A stretch of DNA of 38,561 nt from Rhodanobacteraceae bacterium (GTDB taxonomy: Bacteria; Pseudomonadota; Gammaproteobacteria; Xanthomonadales; Rhodanobacteraceae). The position numbers were made by a program, and so were the translations under genes. Where the stretch lies: positions 1 through 38,561 of the forward strand of contig DASYJJ010000093.1 in the NCBI GenBank assembly GCA_035996605.1. Reading direction: 5' to 3'. Of this stretch, positions 9,116 through 17,363 are shown in pieces; positions within the stretch are counted from its first letter, which is position 1; each line of letters begins with the position of its first letter. The notes beneath the pieces were generated by a model. It was not told the origin of the DNA, ran no database searches, and saw nothing but the letters and a program-made list of their open reading frames with translations.

Positions 9116-10077
9116 CCGAACACTGGAGCGCGCGTCCCGAGGGCGGCGGCCGTTTCGCGATCTGGCTGATCCGCGCGATCGCGCTTCGCTGCGGCCGGTC
9201 GTGCGCTCGCGCATTTTTGTATCCGGCCATTTTGTATTTCTTCCTCCGTCGCCGCTACGAGCGTCTCGTTTCCTACGCGTTTCTCGAGCGTGCACTGGGA
9301 CGCAAGGCGACGGCACGGGAAGTGATGCGCCATATGCATTGTTTCGCGTCGACGATGCTGGATCGTGTTTTTCTGCTCAGCGATCGCTATGCGCGCTTCG
9401 ATGTACGCGTGCACGGGCTCGAGGAACTGACATCCCGCATGCAGCCGCAGCGCGGCGTTTTGCTGCTCGGTGCACACGTTGGCAGCTTTGAAGTGCTGCG
9501 CGTGCTCGCCATGGAACGCCCCGATGTGAAAGTCTGCGTCGTGCTCGACACGCAAAAGACGCCGGCACTGACCGAGCTCCTGCATCAGCTCAACCCGGGC
9601 GTCGCGCGCAATGTGATCGACGCGTCGCGTCCCGGCACCGAGATCGTGCTCGCGCTCGGTGAGGCCGTGCGCGAAGGCGCGCTGGTTACGCTGCTCGCCG
9701 ATCGCGCGCGCGAGCACGAATCGACCGTCATTGTCGATTTCATGGGCGCGCCAGCTCCGTTTCCGGCCGCGCCGTTTCTGATCGGCGCGCTGCTCAAGGT
9801 ACCGATGGTGATCTGCATCGGCATGTATCGTGGCGGCAACCGCTACGATCTCTACTTCGAACCGTTCGCCGACGAGCTGGTGCTGCCGCGCCATGCCCGC
9901 AAGACCGAGCTGCGCGCCGTTGCGCAGCGTTACGCTGCAAGGCTCGAACACCATGTGCGGCAGGATCCCTACAACTGGTTCAACTGGCATGACTTCTGGA
10001 ATCTCGAAGGTCTCGATCACGCTCGGCCTGACGCTGGCGAGCGCGATCTGGCCGAACCCGTCTCGCGCGGCGCCTGA
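9112..10077 (+). CDS. LpxL/LpxP-like acyltransferase of aryl-polyene clusters
   Basis: GVLLLGAHVGSFEVLR, TLLADR, PYNWFNWHDFW. Confidence 0.88.
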   Translation: MTEHWSARPEGGGRFAIWLIRAIALRCGRSCARAFLYPAILYFFLRRRYERLVSYAFLERALGRKATAREVMRHMHCFASTMLDRVFLLSDRYARFDVRVHGLEELTSRMQPQRGVLLLGAHVGSFEVLRVLAMERPDVKVCVVLDTQKTPALTELLHQLNPGVARNVIDASRPGTEIVLALGEAVREGALVTLLADRAREHESTVIVDFMGAPAPFPAAPFLIGALLKVPMVICIGMYRGGNRYDLYFEPFADELVLPRHARKTELRAVAQRYAARLEHHVRQDPYNWFNWHDFWNLEGLDHARPDAGERDLAEPVSRGA

Positions 10078-10669
10078 GACGGCGCCCGCAACCGCGACGA
10101 ACGCGCAAGCGCTCGTCGCAGGTTTGAAACGCGCCGCGCCTGCGCGCACGCGATTCAGCGAGGTCCGCTTCTCGGGTCTGCTCGAGCGGCCGCTCGTCGT
10201 GCACGGAGAGCTCGAATACGACGGGCCCGGAAAACTTTCCCGGACCGTCGATGCGCCGTACGTCGAGCACATGACCATCGAGAACGACCAGGCGTCGGTG
10301 CAGCGCGGCGATCGTCCGGTGCGCAAGTTTCCGTTGAGCCAGGCGCCCGAGCTCGAAGGTTTTCTGCGTGGATTCGCAGCTTTGCTCGGTGGCGACGCCG
10401 AGTTGCTGCAGCGCGATTTCGTGCTCTTGGCAAGCGGAACTCAAGGCGCGTGGCATCTCAAGCTCACGCCCCGCGACGAACGCCTCGCGAAACGCATTGC
10501 CGCGCTCGAGGTCGACGGCGCCGGAACGTCGGCGCGTTGTTTCCACACGATCGAGGCCGATGGCGACGTCAACATGATGCTCGTCGAAACGCTTGCCGAT
10601 ACGAAGCTGCCGACACGCCCGACGCCGCCGATGATCGATGCGTTGTGCCGCGGCGTGCCGGCGCGCTGA
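9989..10669 (+). CDS. LolA-like periplasmic carrier protein
   Basis: Signal-like N-terminus MTSGISKVSITLGLTLASAIW; FSEVRFSGLLERPLVVHGEL, RTVDAPYVE, WHLKLTP. Start uncertain. Confidence 0.78.
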   Translation: MTSGISKVSITLGLTLASAIWPNPSRAAPETAPATATNAQALVAGLKRAAPARTRFSEVRFSGLLERPLVVHGELEYDGPGKLSRTVDAPYVEHMTIENDQASVQRGDRPVRKFPLSQAPELEGFLRGFAALLGGDAELLQRDFVLLASGTQGAWHLKLTPRDERLAKRIAALEVDGAGTSARCFHTIEADGDVNMMLVETLADTKLPTRPTPPMIDALCRGVPAR

Positions 10670-10675
10670 TCGCCG

Positions 10676-13051
10676 ATGCGCGCCGATCGCGCCGATGTCC
10701 GCCGCTGGCTCCTGGTTATCGTCTGGCTGATCGCGCTGGTGGTGCTCGGATTTTTTGCCGTGCATTCGCTGCGCATCGGCACCGATCTCCGAAGTTTCAT
10801 GCCACCGCCCGAGACGCCGGACCAGAAACTTCTGATGGATCAGATCGGCGAAGGACCGGGCACTCGGCTGCTGCTGCTTTCGATCGAAGGCGCAGCTCCG
10901 GAAAATCTCGCCGCGCTGAGCCACGGACTTGCCGACGCGCTGCGCAAAGACATTCACTTCGCCGAAGTCGTCAATGGCGCGTTCGATCCCGCCGCGCTCG
11001 ATCCGAAGTGGCTGCCGTACCGCTATCTCTTGTCGCCAACGCTGGATCATCACGCGTTCGATGCCGCGTTTCTCGCCGATCAGCTTCAGCAGCGCGTCGA
11101 AGATCTTTCGTCGCCCGCCGCGACGTTGCTGAAGCCTCTGCTTGCGCGCGATCCGACGCTCGAAACACTCGCGCTCGCCGAACGCTGGTCGCCGCCAAAA
11201 CCGCCCGCGATGCGCGATGGCGTGTGGTTCTCCGCCGACGGAGCCGCGCTGTTGCTTGCAGAGACGCGAGGCGCGGGTTTCGATCCGACTGAACAAGGCG
11301 CAGCGATCGACGCACTCGAAGCCGAATTCCATCGCATGCCTGGCGCGGACGGTGCGCACCTCGTGATCAGCGGGCCGGGTTATTTCAGCGTGCTGATCAA
11401 CGCGAAGACCCGCGGCGAAGCCGATCGCATCGGTGCGGTGAGTACCATCGGATTCATCCTTTTGCTCTTGCTCGCATATCGCAGTCCAGCGTTGTTGCTG
11501 CTGGCTGCGCTTCCAATCGCGAGCGGCGGGTTGGCCGGCGTTGCGGCGCTCGCGTTTCTGTTCGGATCGGCGCACGGGATCACGCTCGCGTTTGGTTTCA
11601 CGCTGCTCGGCGTTGCGCAGGAATACCCGATTCGCCTGTTGAGTCATCGGCGCGCGGGCGAAGACGCGTTGACCAGCGTGCGCGCGTTGTGGCCGCTTCT
11701 TGCGACCGCGATTGTCTCCGCGTCGATCGCCTACCTCGCTTTCTTTGCTTCGGGCGTGAGCGGACTCCGGCAGTTGGCGGTGTTCACCATCACCGGACTT
11801 CTCGTCGCCGGTTTCTCGACTCGCTACCTTCTGCCGTACGTGCTCCCGTCGCGGTTTCGCGACGCAGCGGACATCACGACCATCCGCACCGCGCTTGCGA
11901 TCATCGATCGCGTGCCGCGTCCGGCCTGGCTGCCATGGCTGCTCGCCGCGGGTGCGCTCGTCGTGCTCTGGCGCGCGCCGGGTCCGATGTGGGAGAACGA
12001 TCTTGCCGCCTTGACTCCGGTGCCCGAGGATCTTTTGCTGCGCGACGCTAAATTGCGCGGAGAGCTCGGTGCGCCGGACGTTCGTTATCTGCTCGTGCTG
12101 CGCGCGTCGGATCCGCAGCACCTGCTTGAACTATCGGAAAGCCTCGAGCCTCGCCTCGACGCGCTGGTCAAGCAAGGTGCGCTGGACGCCGCCGAGCTTC
12201 CGAGTCGCTATCTGCCGAGTCTTGCGACGCAACGTGCGCGCCAAACCAAACTGCCGGACCGCGCTGCGCTCGCCACCGCGCTCGGCGAAGCGAGCCGCGA
12301 TCTGCCTTTCCGCGCCGATCTGTTCGCGCCATTCCTTGACGACATCGAGACCGCGCGCACGCTGCCACCCCTCGATGTCGACGAATTCGAGCGCGCGCCG
12401 TTCGGTGCGCGGCTCGCCTCGATGCTGGTCCGGTTCGACAAAGGCGCCATTTCCGCCGCGTCACCGGTATCGCAAGACTGGCTCGCATTGGCGACGCTAT
12501 CGGGAGTCCACGATCCCGGCGCGATCGAAGCGTTCGCCGCATCCACCGGCTCGGGCTCACCGAGCGTGCGTCTGCTCGATCTCAAAGGCGCCGCCGAATC
12601 GCTCGTCGTCGCCTATCGCGAACGCATCCTGCGCGCACTCGGCATTGCGCTCGTGCTGCTAGCGCTCACCGTGATCGTCGCGCTGCGCAGTCCGCGTCGC
12701 GCTTGGCACGTGCTCGCGCCAATGACGCTCGCGACGCTGCTCGTTCTCGTCGTCGAACGCGCCGCGGGAATTTCGCTGTCGCTGTTCCATCTCGTCGCGC
12801 TGACGCTCGCGGCCGGACTCGGCCTGCACTACGCGTTGTTTTTCGAGCGCCCGGTCGCCGACGCTGCGGAAGCACGTCGCACGTTGCATGCGACACTCGT
12901 TTGCGTCGCGTCGGCGCTGCTCGTTTTCGGCATGCAGGCGTGGTCGTCGCTGCCGGTGCTGCGCGCGATCGGGCTCACGGTTGCGCTCGGCGTCGGGTTT
13001 CATTTCTGTCTTTCGATCCTGATGGCGCGCTCGAAGCGCCCATCGGTCTAG
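10676..13051 (+). CDS. MMPL/RND-like exporter
   Basis: 791 aa; two repeats of TM, large loop and TM bundle; TDLRSFMP, GFTLLGVAQEYPI, GLGLHYALF. Confidence 0.88.
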   Translation: MRADRADVRRWLLVIVWLIALVVLGFFAVHSLRIGTDLRSFMPPPETPDQKLLMDQIGEGPGTRLLLLSIEGAAPENLAALSHGLADALRKDIHFAEVVNGAFDPAALDPKWLPYRYLLSPTLDHHAFDAAFLADQLQQRVEDLSSPAATLLKPLLARDPTLETLALAERWSPPKPPAMRDGVWFSADGAALLLAETRGAGFDPTEQGAAIDALEAEFHRMPGADGAHLVISGPGYFSVLINAKTRGEADRIGAVSTIGFILLLLLAYRSPALLLLAALPIASGGLAGVAALAFLFGSAHGITLAFGFTLLGVAQEYPIRLLSHRRAGEDALTSVRALWPLLATAIVSASIAYLAFFASGVSGLRQLAVFTITGLLVAGFSTRYLLPYVLPSRFRDAADITTIRTALAIIDRVPRPAWLPWLLAAGALVVLWRAPGPMWENDLAALTPVPEDLLLRDAKLRGELGAPDVRYLLVLRASDPQHLLELSESLEPRLDALVKQGALDAAELPSRYLPSLATQRARQTKLPDRAALATALGEASRDLPFRADLFAPFLDDIETARTLPPLDVDEFERAPFGARLASMLVRFDKGAISAASPVSQDWLALATLSGVHDPGAIEAFAASTGSGSPSVRLLDLKGAAESLVVAYRERILRALGIALVLLALTVIVALRSPRRAWHVLAPMTLATLLVLVVERAAGISLSLFHLVALTLAAGLGLHYALFFERPVADAAEARRTLHATLVCVASALLVFGMQAWSSLPVLRAIGLTVALGVGFHFCLSILMARSKRPSV

Positions 13052-13054
13052 CCA

Positions 13055-13492
13055 ATGACCACGGAGTCCGCGATGGGCTGGCAAGCGCTGATTCCGCATC
13101 GCGGTTCGATGTGCTTGCTCGATGAGGTCGTCGCGTGGGACGACGGCGCGATTCACGCGCGCTCACGCTCGCACACCCGCGAAGACAATCCGCTGCGCAG
13201 CGACGGACGTCTTCGCGCGATTCACCTGTGCGAATACGGCGCGCAGGCGATGGCGGTACACGGCGGACTCTGCGCCCGTGCCGCTGGCGGCTCGGCATCG
13301 CCCGGTTTTCTCGTCTCGCTGCGCGCGGTGCAACTCGCTGTCGCGCGCATCGACGATCTCGCCGGCGCGCTCGACGTGCATGCAGAAAAACTCATCGGAG
13401 ACGACAACGGCTGGCAATACGCATTCCGCATCGAATGCGCCGGGAGCGTTCTCGCGCGGGGTCGCGCAGCCGTGATGGCGGCGGCGCGTTGA
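13055..13492 (+). CDS. Hotdog-fold 3-hydroxyacyl-ACP dehydratase partner (ApeP-like)
   Basis: LIPHRGSMCLLDEV, EYGAQAMAVHGG, GFLVSLR. Confidence 0.85.
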   Translation: MTTESAMGWQALIPHRGSMCLLDEVVAWDDGAIHARSRSHTREDNPLRSDGRLRAIHLCEYGAQAMAVHGGLCARAAGGSASPGFLVSLRAVQLAVARIDDLAGALDVHAEKLIGDDNGWQYAFRIECAGSVLARGRAAVMAAAR

Positions 13493-13566
13493 CGGCAGCC
13501 GCGAAGACGCACGCCACGCGTACGCGAAGCGCTGCTCGTGAAATCTCGGGGCCGCGCAGCGCTAGA

Positions 13567-14469
13567 TCATTCGCAAAGTGCGAACGCGCGTACCGGAAAA
13601 GTGCCCATCCCGCGCACTTTCGGCGGAACCGCCGAGAACAGAAACGAAGACGGCAGCTCGCCGAGGTTGCACAGATGCTCGACGATCGGAATGCCCGCGC
13701 CAAGCAGCGTCGTGTGTACGGGGCGTGTCGTGTCGGCGATGTCGTCGATGTTAAGAGAGTCGATGCCGACCAGACGCGCGCCTGCGTCGCGCAGGAACAT
13801 CGCAGCGTCGGCGCTCAAGAACGGATGTCCTTCGAAATAGCGGTCGGTGCGCCAGTTCGCATCCCAACCGGTGTGCACGAGCACGGCTTTGCCGCGCACG
13901 TCGAACGCGGAAAAGACGTTGCGCGACAGCGCGCGCGCGGAAAGGCCGGTGGCGCGCACGACGATCGCGTCCAGCATCGCGATTCGTGCAAGCTCGAAAT
14001 CCGCGACGTCCGCACCATCGGCAAAACGGTGGAACGGGCTGTCGATGTACGTACCCGTATTGGCGACCATCGTGATGCGACCGATCTGGAATTCGGTGCC
14101 AGGCGCGTAGTGGGCGCGCGATTGCTCGCGACTCATGTGATTGCAGATCAGCGGTGCGGGCAATCCCTTGTACGTGATCATGCCGTCTTCGATCGTGTGG
14201 CTGAGATCGACGAGCCGCCGCGCCGTGAACCGCGCCGTATCCGATGCGCTGCGCTTGTGCGGCTCGGCAATGATTGTCTTGTTGCGGATGCGAACCGCGC
14301 CCACCATCAGCAGGCGAAGGTCGCGCACGACGGCGTCGGCCAACGCGGAGTCGGCGATATCGTCGCTGCCGATGTCGAGTCGAAACGCGTGGCCGCTGAG
14401 GCCGCCGCCGTTCGAAAAATCGATTTCGAAATCGAATTGGACGCGTTTCTCGCTGCTCATCCGGCTCAT
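13567..14469 (-). CDS. Cyclase (KynB-like) family protein with extra N-terminal domain
   Basis: LVDLSHTI, NTGTYIDSPFH, AVLVHTGW, LVGIDSLNID, IPIVEHL, GTFPVRAFA. Confidence 0.88.
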   Translation of the reverse strand: MSRMSSEKRVQFDFEIDFSNGGGLSGHAFRLDIGSDDIADSALADAVVRDLRLLMVGAVRIRNKTIIAEPHKRSASDTARFTARRLVDLSHTIEDGMITYKGLPAPLICNHMSREQSRAHYAPGTEFQIGRITMVANTGTYIDSPFHRFADGADVADFELARIAMLDAIVVRATGLSARALSRNVFSAFDVRGKAVLVHTGWDANWRTDRYFEGHPFLSADAAMFLRDAGARLVGIDSLNIDDIADTTRPVHTTLLGAGIPIVEHLCNLGELPSSFLFSAVPPKVRGMGTFPVRAFALCE

Positions 14470-14493
14470 TGTCTTCCCCGTTTTTCTGTGCGA

Positions 14494-15495
14494 TCAACGC
14501 GCGGTCGCGCGCGCCTCATGCGGTGGCGTCGCATATGAGCGACGCCAGGCGCGCCGCAATTGTCGCGCCGATGCGAAGCCGCTCTGTTCGGCCACGCGCT
14601 CCATGTCGAGCCGCGTTTGACCCAGCAAGTCGCGGGCGAGCGACACCCGCAAGCGGTTGATGTAATCGGGAACGCCCATACCCGCGTGCTCGTTGAACAA
14701 GCGCGAAAGATGCCGCGGGCTCGTGTTGGCGATCCGTGCCAGCGCCGTGAGCGACCACGCCTGCGAGGGATCTTCCGCAATCGCATCCTGCGCGCGATGC
14801 ACGGCCGGATGGATGTGGTTGCGACCTTCGAGCCACGGCGAAAGCTGCGGATCGGCGCCGCTCCGCCTCAGATAGATGACCAGATGACGCGCCACCGCAA
14901 GCGCAATGGCCGGACTCAGAATGCTGCTGACGAGTTGCAGCATCAGATCCGTACCGGCGGTGACGCCCGCGCTGCTGCAGCGTCGGCCGTCGATGACGTA
15001 GAGACGGTTTTCGAGTACGCGAGCACGCGCCGCGAGCCGCGCGAGATCCGCGCAACAGGTGAAATGCGTCGTGCATTCATGATCATCGAGCAAACCTGCG
15101 CGTGCAGCCAGCAGCGCGCCGGAGCAAATCGATACGAGCGTATGCGAAGTTCGCACCATTGCGCGCAGCCACGAAACGATCGCGGCTTCGTCGCGACTCA
15201 CGTCTTCGTCCGAAGTTTCCTCGGCGAACGCAACATTGTCCGTGCTGCCGGGAACGACGATCAGCGCGTCGTCGGCGATCGCGTCCGGAAGCGGCTCGAT
15301 GCCCGACATTGTGATCCCGATCGAGCTTGTCACGACGCGCGCCGGGCTCGCATAGCGCACGACGAATCGCACGCCGTGTTGCTCGATTCCGGCACGGCGC
15401 AGGACTTCGATCGGCCCGGCGATGTCGAGCAGCAGCGCACGCGGCGGCACGATGACCCAGACCGGAATTTGAGCCGGCGCGTGGCCGTTTGTCAC
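14494..15495 (-). CDS. GlxA-family regulator (DJ-1/PfpI domain plus AraC HTH)
   Basis: SICSGALL..GLLD, SSAGVTAGTD, RRSGADPQLS, SGFASARQLRR; GTGA overlap with isochorismatase stop. Confidence 0.92.
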   Translation of the reverse strand: MTNGHAPAQIPVWVIVPPRALLLDIAGPIEVLRRAGIEQHGVRFVVRYASPARVVTSSIGITMSGIEPLPDAIADDALIVVPGSTDNVAFAEETSDEDVSRDEAAIVSWLRAMVRTSHTLVSICSGALLAARAGLLDDHECTTHFTCCADLARLAARARVLENRLYVIDGRRCSSAGVTAGTDLMLQLVSSILSPAIALAVARHLVIYLRRSGADPQLSPWLEGRNHIHPAVHRAQDAIAEDPSQAWSLTALARIANTSPRHLSRLFNEHAGMGVPDYINRLRVSLARDLLGQTRLDMERVAEQSGFASARQLRRAWRRSYATPPHEARATAR

Positions 15496-16058
15496 GCGGC
15501 GAGCCTCTCGGTCGCGCCGTCGAGCGCTTGCTCGACCGTCGCGATCCGCGCGAATCGATCGGCGAGCACGAGCTCGGTGCGCGCCTTGATTTCCTCTGCG
15601 CTCCAGACGCGGCCGTCGCGCGCGGTCATCGCGAAGGTGAGCGTCGCTTCGCTGACGAAATCGACCAGGAAGCCGCTGTCGGAGGCGTGTCGCGTGGTCG
15701 TTTCGCAGCACTGCTCAGTGCGGATGCCCGAGACGATCAGCCTGCGGATGCCGCACTCGGTCAGCCATACCGCGAGGCCGCTGCCGATCAGCGCGCTGTG
15801 CCGATGTTTGTGGAACACGACGTCGGGTTCGAGCGTCAGCGGCGCCATCGTGCGGACGAAGCCGCCGGCGAGCGCGAACGCGCCCTCGTCTTCGACATGG
15901 AAAATCTGCACGATCGGAATCCGGCGTGCTTTCGCCCCGTCGATCAGCGTCTGGATCCGGTCAAAAAACGCCGGTGCATCGGCATCGCTCCAATAGGGCC
16001 GTTGCCGGAACGATTCCTGGGCGTCGATGACGAGGAGGGCGGTGTCTTTGGCGTTCAT
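15492..16058 (-). CDS. Isochorismatase-family cysteine hydrolase
   Basis: ALLVIDAQ (Asp), FHKHRHSA (Lys), GIRTEQCCETT (Cys). Confidence 0.92.
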   Translation of the reverse strand: MNAKDTALLVIDAQESFRQRPYWSDADAPAFFDRIQTLIDGAKARRIPIVQIFHVEDEGAFALAGGFVRTMAPLTLEPDVVFHKHRHSALIGSGLAVWLTECGIRRLIVSGIRTEQCCETTTRHASDSGFLVDFVSEATLTFAMTARDGRVWSAEEIKARTELVLADRFARIATVEQALDGATERLAA

Positions 16059-16087
16059 GGCTCGGTCTCGGTTTGTTGATGCCCGTC

Positions 16088-16093
16088 ATCATA
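16088..16093 (-). promoter_or_regulatory. Candidate -10 (TATGAT) for the isochorismatase operon
   Basis: TATGAT 29 nt before the start codon; no good -35. Confidence 0.4.
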
Positions 16094-16185
16094 GTCTCGC
16101 GGATGCGCTCGGGACAGGTCGCCTCGTGACCTGAAACGGACAGAAAGTGCCATACAAACATCGCGTGGCGGGTGCTGTTCGGACG

Positions 16186-16215
16186 CCCTCACCCAACCTC
16201 TCCCAAGACAGAGAG
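16186..16215. repeat. Degenerate single REP-like unit
   Basis: ccctcacccaacctctccc..gagag resembles units at 19327, 33054 and 36141. Confidence 0.5.
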
Positions 16216-16271
16216 CCAAGGCGCTGCCCGCGCTCTGATCGCGCACGGAGTCCAGTCGAAAAGCCCGTCGC

Positions 16272-16288
16272 TGCACTAGAATGGTGCA
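16272..16288 (+). promoter_or_regulatory. NtrC binding site enclosing a -10 box of the ntrBC promoter
   Basis: TGCACTAGAATGGTGCA fits TGCAC-N7-GTGCA; TAGAAT at 16277-16282; abuts the ntrB ATG. Confidence 0.85.
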
Positions 16289-17332
16289 ATGGAGCCACGC
16301 GCGGATCTCGCTTCAGCCCCCGATGTCCGGCCAAGCGGGTCGTTTCTGGTTGCCTGCGCCACGGCGATGGCGATGATCGATCGCGATCTCGTCATCCGCA
16401 TCGCCAATCCAGCGCTGTGCGAATGGCTCGGTTCGGGGGCGCGGAGCTGGCGCGGCGACTCGCTCGCAATGCTGGATGCAAGACCGCCACAACTCGCGGA
16501 CGCTGCGATGCGCGCGGTGAAGGAGCAACGGCGCGTCTGGCTTCGCGATGCGCGACTGCGAACAGCGATCGGCGATCGCGTAGCCGATCTTGCGTTCACT
16601 CCGGTGGAAGAGGACATGCTGCTGGTCGAAGTGCAGGCGCCCGCTGCCGACGCTGCCGGTCCGCGCCTTTCCGAATCGCTGCGCGGTTTCGCGCATGAAG
16701 TAAAAGGCCCGCTCGCCGGTGTGCGCGGCGCGGCGCAGTTGTTGCGGCGTCGTGTCGAAGCGCCGGATCTGATCGAGCTCGCCGAACTCATCATGACCGA
16801 GGTCGATCGTGTTGCGACGCTGTCCGATCGCCTGCTTCGCGCCGGCGCCAAGCCGCGACTCGCGCGCACGAATATTCACGAGGCCGTCGAGCGTGTCGCG
16901 GCACTCCTCGCAGCCGGCACGACCGCTCCGAACATCCGGCGCGACTACGATCCGAGCCTGCCGGTGATCAATGCCGATACGGACCGGCTGCAGCAGTTGC
17001 TGCTCAATCTCGCGCACAACGCCGTTGAGGCGGGTGCGAAGAATGTGGCGTTGCGCACGCGCGCCGAGCACTCTGCCCGGATCGGAGAGCGCACGTTGCG
17101 GCTCGTGCTGCGCGTCGATGTCGTCGACGACGGCCGCGGCGTGCCGGCCGATCTCGCCGAGACTTTGTTCGAACCGCTCGTGTCGGGCCGTCCGGACGGC
17201 ACCGGCCTTGGCCTTGCGATCGCGCGCGAAATCGCGCGCGAGCACGGCGGCGATCTGATTTACGCAAGCCGGCCCGGAGCGAGCGTATTCAGCTTGCTGC
17301 TGCCGGTTGCCGAAGACGCAGGCCACCAATGA
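16289..17332 (+). CDS. ntrB: Nitrogen regulation sensor kinase NtrB (GlnL)
   Basis: PAS start, H-box FAHEVKGPLAGVRGAAQLL, RDYDPSLP, LNLAHNA, DDGRG, GTGLGL. Confidence 0.93.
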   Translation: MEPRADLASAPDVRPSGSFLVACATAMAMIDRDLVIRIANPALCEWLGSGARSWRGDSLAMLDARPPQLADAAMRAVKEQRRVWLRDARLRTAIGDRVADLAFTPVEEDMLLVEVQAPAADAAGPRLSESLRGFAHEVKGPLAGVRGAAQLLRRRVEAPDLIELAELIMTEVDRVATLSDRLLRAGAKPRLARTNIHEAVERVAALLAAGTTAPNIRRDYDPSLPVINADTDRLQQLLLNLAHNAVEAGAKNVALRTRAEHSARIGERTLRLVLRVDVVDDGRGVPADLAETLFEPLVSGRPDGTGLGLAIAREIAREHGGDLIYASRPGASVFSLLLPVAEDAGHQ

Positions 17333-17363
17333 AACCACGTCGCTACCGTCGGCCGGTGACTGC

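Noticed and set aside
9980-12121. 713-aa minus ORF and similar long antisense ORFs (8758-10326, 17343-18695, 20068-21675, 30052-31440)
   Set aside because: High-GC shadow frames opposite well-supported genes.
15492-16058. Isochorismatase as part of the chorismate/pigment pathway
   Set aside because: Retains the amidase-type Cys triad and is coupled to a GlxA regulator; the name is only a family label.
16136-16152. Possible sigma-54 promoter (TGGCAC on minus strand) for the isochorismatase operon
   Set aside because: No TTGC at -12 (reads TGGCACTTTCTGTCCG); may be a GlxA site but that is unsupported.
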